DNA from: an uncultured bacterium
GTDB taxonomy: Bacteria; Bacillota_I; Bacilli_A; RF39; UBA660
Direction of reading: 5' to 3'
Assembly (NCBI GenBank): GCA_959020415.1
Contig: CAUERX010000003.1
Coordinates: 5,783-69,782, forward strand
Length of the DNA stretch: 64,000 bases
Below, one piece after another: positions 38,303 through 47,271 of the stretch. The stretch's first letter is position 1. The number at the start of each line of letters is the position of its first letter. The notes under the pieces are model-generated. The model searched no databases. It had not been told where the DNA came from and was given only the letters and a program-made list of their open reading frames with translations. The translations under genes were made by a program, and so were the position numbers.

Positions 38303-38785
38303 ATGAAAACATTAATAGTTTATTTTTCGTATAGTGGTAATACGAGAATAATTAGTAATTATATAAATAGTAAAATTAATTCTGATATGTTAGAGTTAGA
38401 AACGTTGGTTAAATATTCTGACGATTATAGTCAAGTTACTTATCAAGGAAAAGATGAAGTTGAGCAGGAATTTAAACCAAGGTTAAAGGTAAACGATTTA
38501 AATTTACAAGATTATGATATTATTTTATTAGGTAGTCCAATTTGGTGGTATACAATTGCACCAGCGGTTAGAACGTTTTTATCAGAAAATGATTTATCTG
38601 GAAAGAAATTATTTCCTTTTATAACTAATGGTGGATATGGGCTTGGTCATAGTTTAGAAGATATTAAAACTTTATGTACTTGCGAAGTTGGTAAAGTATT
38701 GGAAATCCCATTTGAGGGTAACTATCAAATAAAAGATAATATTGAAATAGATGGTTGGTTAAAAGAAATAGAGGAGATGAAATAA
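38303..38785 (+). CDS. Flavodoxin-like protein
   Basis: MKTLIVYFSYSGNTR N-terminus and LGSPIWWY, typical of the flavodoxin_4 type. AGGAGG RBS. Confidence 0.8.
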   Translation: MKTLIVYFSYSGNTRIISNYINSKINSDMLELETLVKYSDDYSQVTYQGKDEVEQEFKPRLKVNDLNLQDYDIILLGSPIWWYTIAPAVRTFLSENDLSGKKLFPFITNGGYGLGHSLEDIKTLCTCEVGKVLEIPFEGNYQIKDNIEIDGWLKEIEEMK

Positions 38786-39666
38786 TGGAAAAGGAAAAAG
38801 TTTATTTTACAAAAGAAATTACACCAGAGAAAGTAGTAGAAGTTTATGAAGCATTAAACAAAGAATTAGAAGGAAAAGTTGCTGTTAAGGTGCATTCAGG
38901 TGAGGCTGGGAATCAAAATTATTTACACCCAGAATTTATGCGTCCAATGATTGAACATGTTAATGGTACTGTTGTGGAGTGTAATACCGCTTATGATGGG
39001 GCACGTAATACGACAGAAAAACATAAAAAATTGATTGAAGATCATGGCTGGACAAAATACTTTAATGTTGATTTAATGGATGCCGAAGGTGACGACTTGG
39101 TTCTTGATATTCCAGAAGGAAAAATTATAAATAGAAATTATGTTGGTAAAAACTTGGCTAATTATGATTCTATGTTAGTGTTGTCACATTTTAAGGGGCA
39201 TCCAATGGGTGGCTATGGTGGAGCTTTAAAACAACTTTCAATAGGGGTTGCATCAAGTCATGGAAAAAGCTATATTCATTGTATTGGTAATGAAAATGGG
39301 ACTTTTGAAGAGATGTTTCAAGTCGATCAAACGAAATTTTTAGAGGCTATGGCTGAAGCAGCTTCTTCGGTAGTTAAATATTTTAAGGGGAATGCGGTTT
39401 ATATTAATGTAATGTGCAATATGTCAGTAGATTGTGATTGCTGTGCTGTTGCTGAAGATCCTTGTATGAAGGATATTGGTATTTTGGCTTCACTTGATCC
39501 TGTGGCTTTAGACGAGGCTTGTTTAGATTTAGTTTATAATTCTAATGATCCAGGCCGCGATCATTTAGTTGAAAGAATTGAAACAAGAAATGGAAGACAT
39601 ACCGTTGATTATGCCGCTGAGATTGGTGTAGGAACAAAGGCGTATGAGATAATAAATATTGATTAA
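38785..39666 (+). CDS. DUF362-domain (putative Fe-S) protein
   Basis: MEKEKVYFTK...VKVHSGE...LSHFKGH...CDCC pattern. The start ATG overlaps the flavodoxin stop (TAATG). Confidence 0.65.
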   Translation: MEKEKVYFTKEITPEKVVEVYEALNKELEGKVAVKVHSGEAGNQNYLHPEFMRPMIEHVNGTVVECNTAYDGARNTTEKHKKLIEDHGWTKYFNVDLMDAEGDDLVLDIPEGKIINRNYVGKNLANYDSMLVLSHFKGHPMGGYGGALKQLSIGVASSHGKSYIHCIGNENGTFEEMFQVDQTKFLEAMAEAASSVVKYFKGNAVYINVMCNMSVDCDCCAVAEDPCMKDIGILASLDPVALDEACLDLVYNSNDPGRDHLVERIETRNGRHTVDYAAEIGVGTKAYEIINID

Positions 39667-39725
39667 GGGTATATTATATATACCTTTTTTTCTGATTATG
39701 GTATAATTAATCTAGGAGGATAAGT

Positions 39726-40256
39726 ATGGTTTATTTATGTAATGTTAAGTCTCCAGTTGGTGATATTATGTTAGCAAGTGATGGCGATAATTTGACAGGT
39801 CTTTGGCTTGAAGGTCAAAAGTATTATGCTAGAACAATAAAAGGCGAAACCAATTTTAAAGATTTACCTATTTTTGACCAAACAAAAAAATGGTTGGCTG
39901 ATTATTTTAAAGGAAACATTCCTAAAACAAAACTTTCTTTAAATCCATGCGGAAGCGAATTTCAGAAAAGAGTTTGGGATATACTTGAACAAATACCGTA
40001 TGGGAAAACTATTACTTATGGTAATATTGCCAAGAAAATAGAAAAAGAAACAGGACGAAATGCTTCTGCTCAAGCAGTGGGTGGAGCGGTAGGTCATAAT
40101 CCTATTTCTATAATTATTCCATGTCACCGAGTGGTTGGGGCAGGTGGAAGTTTAACTGGATATGCTGGCGGAATTGATAAAAAGATAAAACTTTTAGAGC
40201 TTGAAGGTGTAGATATGAAAAATTTATATGTACCTTCTAAGGGAACTGCTCTTTAA
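39726..40256 (+). CDS. ogt: Methylated-DNA-protein-cysteine methyltransferase
   Basis: IPCHRV active site. FQKRVW...IPYGKTITYG DNA-binding domain. Confidence 0.9.
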   Translation: MVYLCNVKSPVGDIMLASDGDNLTGLWLEGQKYYARTIKGETNFKDLPIFDQTKKWLADYFKGNIPKTKLSLNPCGSEFQKRVWDILEQIPYGKTITYGNIAKKIEKETGRNASAQAVGGAVGHNPISIIIPCHRVVGAGGSLTGYAGGIDKKIKLLELEGVDMKNLYVPSKGTAL

Positions 40257-40385
40257 AAATACTTATTAAAATTAAAAAATGCTAATAAATAAAGATTATC
40301 AGCATTTTTTGTTTAAAATGACCGAAAATTGTTGTCATGATTTTTTGAATATGTTATAATGTACTTTAGAATAGGAGGGCTGAAT

Positions 40386-40646
40386 ATGAATGAAAAAATT
40401 AAAGTTATTAATGAAAATGGGGAAGAAATAGAAGCAGAAGTATTACTATATTTTAATTTAGATAGTACAGGAAACGATTATATTTTATATACTTTTGGAG
40501 AAAAAGATGACCAAAAGATGGAAACTATTCACGCATCAATTTTGAATAAAACTGAAGGTGGTTATAAGCTAGAAACTATGCCTGATGGAGATTGGGAGGC
40601 AGTAAAAGAAATAATGCGTGAAATTATAAGGAATGAAGAGGAATAA
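40386..40646 (+). CDS. DUF1292-family small acidic protein
   Basis: The pattern V.NENGEEIEAEVLLYF......DYILYT is typical of DUF1292. Start at ATG 40386 after a GGAGGG RBS. Confidence 0.65.
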   Translation: MNEKIKVINENGEEIEAEVLLYFNLDSTGNDYILYTFGEKDDQKMETIHASILNKTEGGYKLETMPDGDWEAVKEIMREIIRNEEE

Positions 40647-40648
40647 AA

Positions 40649-42313
40649 ATGGAAATAAAAGCAATACCATATGGGGGTAGTAAAGCTGTTAAAATTACGG
40701 AAGTTATGCGCCGTGATTTGAATTCTTATAACCAAAGAAAACAGGAAGTGGCTAGTTTTGAAGAAGAAATTGCCAAATTAGAGCAATCACTTAATGAAAA
40801 GAAAGCTACGGTTGATGAATTAAATATTCAAGCTAGTAGTGAGGATAAGAAAGAAGCTAAAGATGCTGCTAAAAAAATAAAAGCAGAAGAAAAAGAAATA
40901 AATAAAATTGATGATAATATTAAACGTATACAAGATAAAATGAAAAAATTAACTGATAAACAAAATAAGGTACAGTTAGTTGGAGTAGTTTTAAATTCTT
41001 TCCCTAAAATAGAAGATATAAATTTAGAAAGCAAAGAAATACCAGTGAGGGAAGAGGTTTCTGAAGTTGCTCCAGAGGTGCAAACACCGGAAGAAGTAAC
41101 CACATCGGAAATTGACATGCCGGTAGAAAATGAAATAAATACTGAGATGCCTTCTATAGAAGAAGCGGTTCCAGTTGGTGAAACAACTGAAGAATCAGCA
41201 ACTTCTTTAGAAAATGATGAACAATCAGGTTTTGCATCTGAGTTAGATGATGATTTTGCATCTGAATTAGACGATGACTTTGAAATCGATGAATCAACAG
41301 ATAATAATGAAGAAACTAGTGAAAAAGAGACTATTGAGCCTACACAAATTACGCCAGATTATAGTGGTTTAGACGACGAAGCTGATGATAATTCTGATAA
41401 TCCATTAGGTATTACGGAAGACGAAGCTAACCAGATTTGGGAAGGTCTTCAAAATGTAGAACTTTATAATAAAGAGATCCCAACTACTTATGATGAGCCT
41501 CAAAATTATGAACTAATTACAGAGCCTTCAGCTGAAACTACGGTGGTAGAGGAAACAAAGATTCCAGAGGAAGTTGCACCTATAATCCCAGAAAAAACTG
41601 AGGAAGAAGTTAAGGAAGAGGTACGTAATGATATTGAACAAAGTATTCCAATTGTTGAAGTTCAAACACCAGTAAACACTGAAAATGTTATGAACCAAGT
41701 TTATAATGAAGTAGGGGTAGAACCTGAGGAAGAACCAAAGGAAAGGGACTTAAAGAATTTAACATTATTTAAGGATTATGCCGATTATGTATTTACGTTT
41801 GGCCAAAAACATTATGAAAAGGATGCCTTAACACCTTCAGAAATTGAAGCTTTAGATAATGTTAAAGATTTCTTATCAGAAAAGAGTTTCGAAAATAAGA
41901 GAACTACACAATATAAAAAGATTGATGATGAGAATAAAAAGTTAAAGAAGAAAGTTGTAACACTTGGTAAAGAGTTTACAAAGAATGTTGATAGTATCTC
42001 AGCTGAATATTCAGCGGCAGTAGAAGAGTTAACAGAAATGGCTGAAGCGGCTAAAGAACAAGCCGAAGCTGATAGAGTTGAAAAAATTCAAACTCAAAAA
42101 TTAAATGATTCTTTAACTGATACAATTAAAGAACAATCACAAACTATTGAAGATTTGACTAATCAAAATACTGATTTACAAAGTACAATTGAAAGTCAAA
42201 ATTCACAAATTGCTGATCTTGAAAAACAAAATGAAGAACAAGCAGCAAGAATTAGAGATTTTGAAGAAAAACTTAATACTGTATTTGGAATTGTTAAAGA
42301 AGTTAGTAATTAA
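40649..42313 (+). CDS. Large acidic coiled-coil protein of unknown function
   Basis: 554 aa. Coiled-coil N- and C-terminal parts around a very D/E/T-rich, low-complexity centre. Contains a 24-nt tandem repeat (FASELDDD twice) at 41231-41278. Confidence 0.75.
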   Translation: MEIKAIPYGGSKAVKITEVMRRDLNSYNQRKQEVASFEEEIAKLEQSLNEKKATVDELNIQASSEDKKEAKDAAKKIKAEEKEINKIDDNIKRIQDKMKKLTDKQNKVQLVGVVLNSFPKIEDINLESKEIPVREEVSEVAPEVQTPEEVTTSEIDMPVENEINTEMPSIEEAVPVGETTEESATSLENDEQSGFASELDDDFASELDDDFEIDESTDNNEETSEKETIEPTQITPDYSGLDDEADDNSDNPLGITEDEANQIWEGLQNVELYNKEIPTTYDEPQNYELITEPSAETTVVEETKIPEEVAPIIPEKTEEEVKEEVRNDIEQSIPIVEVQTPVNTENVMNQVYNEVGVEPEEEPKERDLKNLTLFKDYADYVFTFGQKHYEKDALTPSEIEALDNVKDFLSEKSFENKRTTQYKKIDDENKKLKKKVVTLGKEFTKNVDSISAEYSAAVEELTEMAEAAKEQAEADRVEKIQTQKLNDSLTDTIKEQSQTIEDLTNQNTDLQSTIESQNSQIADLEKQNEEQAARIRDFEEKLNTVFGIVKEVSN

Positions 42314-42317
42314 TTTT

Positions 42318-42340
42318 AGAACAAGTTATATACTTGTTCT
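42318..42340 (+). repeat. Left copy of a 23-bp perfect direct repeat (hairpin AGAACAAGT-tatat-ACTTGTTCT)
   Basis: Identical to 45765-45787. Confidence 0.9.
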
Positions 42341-42396
42341 AAAAGAGTGTAAAAAACTTTGTGTAAAGATACCAATCCATGGTAATAAGATTTTTT

Positions 42397-42426
42397 AGAG
42401 ATTGAAGAACTCAGTCTCTTTTTTTA
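42397..42426 (+). terminator. Rho-independent terminator
   Basis: AGAGATTGA-agaac-TCAGTCTCT followed by a T-run. Confidence 0.7.
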
Positions 42427-42526
42427 TAATTAAATATTATCATAATTAAATAAATTTTCAAATATCAAATTAAACGATCTGAATATAAAATATTTAATTC
42501 ATTATAAATCATATCCCAGTTAGGGA

Positions 42527-42966
42527 GCCTGTAAAGATTATAAAAAATTTACTGCCAACTTAAAACTAATTTATGGAGCTTCTAATTTAAAAACAGCTCA
42601 AAATGATTTGAAAAATTTAAAACCACATGGTCAAAATATTCTGGAGCTGTTGCTGTATGGACTAGAAACTTTAACCACGTTGAACAACTTTTTGATTATT
42701 CTAGTACCATAAGGCGAGTTATGTATACAACTAATGTTATTGAATCCATTAATTCTTCATTTAGAAAAGTCACAAAAAAAGCGCTTTTCCTAATGAAAAC
42801 GCACTATTCAAATTATTATATTTACGGATAACTGAGCTTTATAAAAAATGGGATAATTCTACTATCTATCATTGGGCTATGGTTAGAAATGAACTAGATG
42901 CCCATCACAAGTTTCAAGACAGATTTCGTAAATATGTTTCAAGACAGATTTCGTAAATATTGTAAT
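42527..42966 (+). pseudogene. IS256-family (Mutator-type) transposase C-terminal remnant, multiply frameshifted
   Basis: Pieces read KDYKKFTANLKLIYGASNLKTAQNDLKNLK, then WSKYSGAVAVWTRNFNHVEQLFDYSSTIRRVMYTTNVIESINSSFRKVTKK, then AFPNENALFKLLYLRITELYKKW. They lie in different frames, and no N-terminal part is present. Confidence 0.75.
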
Positions 42967-43005
42967 TAAGTTCTTTGATAATTTTATTTATGATATATTA
43001 ATTAC

Positions 43006-43116
43006 TTACACACTTTTCTTGACACACCCTAGTTTTCTTACTAGATGATTCTTTGGTACCAATTCCTCTAGGGTACTTAATATAATACAATCATTTTTTC
43101 TTCTTTGTTTGGTCAT
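43006..43116 (-). pseudogene. IS1182/IS5-type transposase N-terminal fragment (36 codons)
   Basis: The minus strand reads MTKQRRKNDCIILSTLEELVPKNHLVRKLGCVKKSV-stop. LVPKNHLVRKL is the InsH-N/DUF772 signature. Confidence 0.6.
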
Positions 43117-44017
43117 TGCTATACTTTATCACTACGGTTTTCAACATCTTTATTTTACCATTTTTACACTAAAAAAGCGAGTTATGACAATTAATTTGTT
43201 GAGAATCGATTATTACTCGTTCTTTCATTATACTACTTTCTTCTAATAAACACCATTGTTATTTGTCAACAGTCTGATATAAATTATTGTTTTTTATATT
43301 TTATTTTATTGTTATAATTAACTCTTTTAATATTATACAAAAGTATATGTTTTGTTATTTGATTTATTTTTAAATATAATTTTAAATCCATAAGCCTTAG
43401 TAATGTGATTTGCAGTTATTAATGTAATTGTTCTTGAATTGTTTTTATAATTGGCAATAGTAGGAGAAGCTATATTTGTTTTTTTGAAGATCTAATTGTT
43501 TTAGTTTTTTTATTTTCATAAATTTTAGTATTTTACTTATTATTCGTCATTAATTAGTTATTTATATTTTGTTAGATGAATAAATTTTTGTTTAAAATAT
43601 AAAGTTATATGGTGTAATTTATATAGTATATGTTTATAAAGGTATTGGTGCTATAATGGAGATGAAACATATAGATGGTTATGGTAAAAGATATTCATAT
43701 AATGGTTTATTGTATTTTAGTATCGAGCGATTAGCTGTTTTATTTAAAGCTATTTTATTAGAAAAGAAAATGAAAAAATCATAAAATACAAGAAAAATAT
43801 TATAAGTATATGTTATATTTATAAGAAATATAAATAAGCTTAAAGAAAAATTATTTATTTAATAAGGAATGATTATAGATGACATAATGGCTATAACCTC
43901 GAACGCTTTTATATGATAGCGAAAAATTCTCATTTTGGTTGAATTTTATTCTTAAAATAAGTTGTGGTTTTTTATAATTTGATATTTTATAATTAAACTG
44001 TGAAAGGAGCGATATGT

Positions 44018-45091
44018 ATGAAATTACATATAAATGATAAAATAAAAGATTTAAGAAAGGGTAACAAATGGACACAAGAAGAGTTAGCAGAAAGGTTAAA
44101 TGTTTCACCGCAAGCAGTTAGTAGGTGGGAAACAAACGCAACATTTCCAGATATTGAACTGTTACCTGATATTGCAAGTATTTTTGAAGTTAGTGTTGAT
44201 GAATTATTAGGTGTTAATGATCTATTAAATAGTGACAGAATAAAAAAATTGATAAATGAGGCAAATTCTTATTATGATACTAATGAAGTTGATAAAGTTG
44301 TAAGTTATTTAGAACAGGCTAAAAAGGAATACTCTACTAATGTTAATATAACATTGAATTTAATTTATGCTTTAAGTGCTTTATGTAGTGAAGATAGAAC
44401 TGAAATATGTGAAAGAATAATGAAATTAGGGACTAAAATTATTGATAAATTAGTCGACATTAATGAAAAATGCAGGTTATATCAAATAATGGCATATACA
44501 TGTGTTGAACTTGGTAAGTTAGAACAAGCTAAGATATATGCAAATAAATTACCTGATATGGAATATACATCAAACGTGGTGTTACCTTCTATATTAGTAG
44601 GTGAGGATAAAGTAAAATTTATTCAAGAAAATATTAAAAATTTAGTATGTACTTTAAATATGCAAATAAGTTATTTGGTTAATGTTGCAGGTTATACTGA
44701 TAAAGAAAAAATAACAATATTAAAAAAATTAGATGCTTTAATAGAATTAATGTATGAAAAAGATGATTATATATATACTAATTGGTTGCTTTGTGGTAAT
44801 AATATGAATATTGCTGATATTTATGCAAAATTAAAAGATGAAAAAAATTTATGTTTGCATTTATCAAAAGCAATAAATTATAGTAAGATAAGTAATAAAA
44901 AAGAGTCAAATTCATTATTAAATAATGTTCTTGAATATGATGTAGAAAAAATTTTGGGAAAGACATTTGAACAAAATGAAACTAATATGATTTTAAGTAG
45001 AATTGAAGATGAAAGTTATGATTTTGTAAAAAATACAAAAAACTTTAAAGAAATAATTAATAGTTTAAATAAGAATAGAGGTGATAATTAA
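44018..45091 (+). CDS. XRE-HTH + TPR-like helical-repeat regulator (RNPP-like architecture)
   Basis: WTQEELAERLNVSPQAVSRWE HTH followed by about 290 aa of helical repeats. Start at ATG 44018, 9 nt after an AAGGAG RBS. Confidence 0.75.
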   Translation: MKLHINDKIKDLRKGNKWTQEELAERLNVSPQAVSRWETNATFPDIELLPDIASIFEVSVDELLGVNDLLNSDRIKKLINEANSYYDTNEVDKVVSYLEQAKKEYSTNVNITLNLIYALSALCSEDRTEICERIMKLGTKIIDKLVDINEKCRLYQIMAYTCVELGKLEQAKIYANKLPDMEYTSNVVLPSILVGEDKVKFIQENIKNLVCTLNMQISYLVNVAGYTDKEKITILKKLDALIELMYEKDDYIYTNWLLCGNNMNIADIYAKLKDEKNLCLHLSKAINYSKISNKKESNSLLNNVLEYDVEKILGKTFEQNETNMILSRIEDESYDFVKNTKNFKEIINSLNKNRGDN

Positions 45092-45155
45092 TATGGAAAT
45101 TAAAAGATTATGAAGATTATATAAAAAGATTAACAAAAGAGGAATTAAAGATGGG

Positions 45156-45491
45156 TTGGAGAAAGCATTTTTACCAGAAAGTCTTAAAAATAATACCGCA
45201 GAGTTTTATTTAATTGATAATGGAGAATTTTGGTTTTATAAAAAAGAGAATAATGGAGTTGAATTAGTTGTACGGGGAAAAGAAGAAGATACTATATTTG
45301 GTAGTCCAACTATTATGGAGAAAATATTTGAATTTTTAAAAAACCAAGGTTATACAAAAATTGTAATGAGTATACTAAAGGGTAAGTTTTCTGAAAGACA
45401 TTCATTAATGTTAAAATATGGATTTATTGAAAAAGAAAGTGTTGATTTGGAAGGCAGTGTTATAGCTTATTATGAAAAAACTTATAATTAA
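45156..45491 (+). CDS. Hypothetical small protein (possibly GNAT-like remnant)
   Basis: TTG start in the track. Upstream short frames (MEIKRL-stop, and an alternative frame reading YEDYIKRLTKEELK) suggest a disrupted 5' end. Confidence 0.35.
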   Translation: MEKAFLPESLKNNTAEFYLIDNGEFWFYKKENNGVELVVRGKEEDTIFGSPTIMEKIFEFLKNQGYTKIVMSILKGKFSERHSLMLKYGFIEKESVDLEGSVIAYYEKTYN

Positions 45492-45517
45492 AATTTAAGA
45501 GGGTGGGGTAAGTTTTA

Positions 45518-45706
45518 ATGAATATTAAAATACAAAGAGAAAGAACGTTAGAAGAAATACACCAAGAAAAACAAGAATTGAATAATATGAAAGAGGCTTT
45601 ATTACTTATAAAGTTTTGGACAGTCCCTGATGTTGAATATATAAAATATCAAAATAGAAAAGGGAAAGTTAAAGTTTTAACTCGTTATCCAAAACCAAGG
45701 CATTAA
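45518..45706 (+). CDS. Hypothetical 62-aa protein
   Basis: ORF with a GGGTGGGG RBS. No family recognised. Confidence 0.4.
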   Translation: MNIKIQRERTLEEIHQEKQELNNMKEALLLIKFWTVPDVEYIKYQNRKGKVKVLTRYPKPRH

Positions 45707-45764
45707 GCCAAATCCAAAAGATTTAGTTTTAGACCGTTGACAAAATTATTTTGTCAACAGTTTG

Positions 45765-45787
45765 AGAACAAGTTATATACTTGTTCT
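45765..45787 (+). repeat. Right copy of the 23-bp direct repeat; here followed by a T-run, so a functional-looking terminator
   Basis: AGAACAAGTTATATACTTGTTCT, identical to 42318-42340, followed by TTTTTT. Confidence 0.9.
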
Positions 45788-45859
45788 TTTTTATGAACCA
45801 TGTCGTTTTTTGTTGTTTTTTGTTATGCTCTATAGTATAATATAAACAGGAGGGATATA

Positions 45860-46288
45860 ATGGAGCAATGGTATGTATGGCTTGCTGTTATCATAATTTT
45901 AGCTTTTTTGGAAGCAACAACAATCAACTTAACAACCATTTGGTTTGTAGCTAGTGGTTTAGTTGCTTTAGCGATTTCATTCTTTACAGATAACTATATT
46001 ATCCAATTTGGAGTTTTCGTTATTTTAGGTATTATTTTATTAGTAACAACTAAACCAATTTTAGAGAAAACTTTAAAAGCCAAAAAGGAAGCAACGAATG
46101 TTGAAAGAGTTATCGGAATGGAAGGCGTAGTTACTGAAAAGATAACTAAAAATCAAAACGGTGAAGTAAAAGTTGACGGGAAACGTTGGACTGCTTATGC
46201 TGATAAGGCAATAAAAGAGGGCAGCGTTGTCAAGATTTTAGAGATAAATGGGGTTAAACTAAAAGTTGAACAGTTAGAGGGGGAATAA
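45860..46288 (+). CDS. NfeD-family membrane protein
   Basis: Three TM helices plus a C-terminal OB domain (GEVKVDGKRWTA). Immediately upstream of an SPFH gene. Confidence 0.85.
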   Translation: MEQWYVWLAVIIILAFLEATTINLTTIWFVASGLVALAISFFTDNYIIQFGVFVILGIILLVTTKPILEKTLKAKKEATNVERVIGMEGVVTEKITKNQNGEVKVDGKRWTAYADKAIKEGSVVKILEINGVKLKVEQLEGE

Positions 46289-46290
46289 AA

Positions 46291-47178
46291 ATGAGTGTTT
46301 TTTTAGTAATTTTAGTTTTAGTAATAGTAATTATTATACCAAATGTAAAGGTAGTACCACAATCAAAATGTTATATTATTGAAAGACTTGGATCATATTA
46401 TACAACTTGGAGTAATGGTTTGCATTTTAAGATACCATTCGTTGATAGAGTATCAGCAGTAGTAAGTTTAAAGGAAATTGTTAAAGACTTTCCACCACAA
46501 CCAGTTATTACCAAAGATAACGTTACTATGCAAATTGATACAGTAGTTTATTTTCAAATTACTGATCCAAAATTATATACTTATGGAGTTGAAAATCCAA
46601 TCAATGCAATTGAAAATTTAACAGCAACTACACTTCGTAATATTATTGGCGAATTAGAATTAGACCAAACATTAACTTCAAGGGATGTAATTAATTCTAA
46701 AATGCGTGCTATTTTAGATGAAGCTACTGATCCTTGGGGTATTAAAGTAAATCGTGTAGAAGTCAAAAATATTTTGCCACCACGTGATATTCAGGATGCA
46801 ATGGAAAAGCAAATGCGTGCTGAGCGTGAACGTCGTGAGGCAATTTTAAGAGCTGAAGGCGAGAAAAAATCTAGCATTTTAATTGCTGAAGGTGAAAAAC
46901 AAAGTGCAATTTTAAGAGCTGAGGCTGATAGGGAATCACAAATTAGAATTGCTGAAGGTGAAGCTGAAGCAATATTAAAAATTAATCAAGCGGAAGCTGA
47001 AAGTATTAGAATGATTAAAGAAGCAAAAGCTGACCAAACTGTTCTTACTTTAAGAAGTTTTGAAGCTTTAGCTAAAGTTGCTAACGGTAATGCAACTAAA
47101 ATTATTGTGCCATCAGAATTACAAAATATGGCAACGCTTGGAACTACATTGAGTGAAATGTTCAAAGATAAAAAATAA
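46291..47178 (+). CDS. SPFH/band-7 (stomatin-like) protein
   Basis: N-terminal TM helix, an SPFH core, and EAE/RAE-rich repeats (REAILRAEGEKKSSILIAEGEKQSAILRAEA). Confidence 0.9.
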   Translation: MSVFLVILVLVIVIIIPNVKVVPQSKCYIIERLGSYYTTWSNGLHFKIPFVDRVSAVVSLKEIVKDFPPQPVITKDNVTMQIDTVVYFQITDPKLYTYGVENPINAIENLTATTLRNIIGELELDQTLTSRDVINSKMRAILDEATDPWGIKVNRVEVKNILPPRDIQDAMEKQMRAERERREAILRAEGEKKSSILIAEGEKQSAILRAEADRESQIRIAEGEAEAILKINQAEAESIRMIKEAKADQTVLTLRSFEALAKVANGNATKIIVPSELQNMATLGTTLSEMFKDKK

Positions 47179-47271
47179 GACTAGAAAGATAGTCTTTTTT
47201 CTTTACGATTGTTGACATAAAGCGTAAAAAAGCTGTATAATGTAAATAAGAAATAGATACTTGGAAAATGG

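Noticed and set aside
45093-45113. 6-codon ORF MEIKRL directly after the HTH-TPR regulator, as a signalling pro-peptide
   Set aside because: It is too short for any known RNPP or Rgg pro-peptide and has no export signal. It more likely belongs to a disrupted 5' end of the following small gene.
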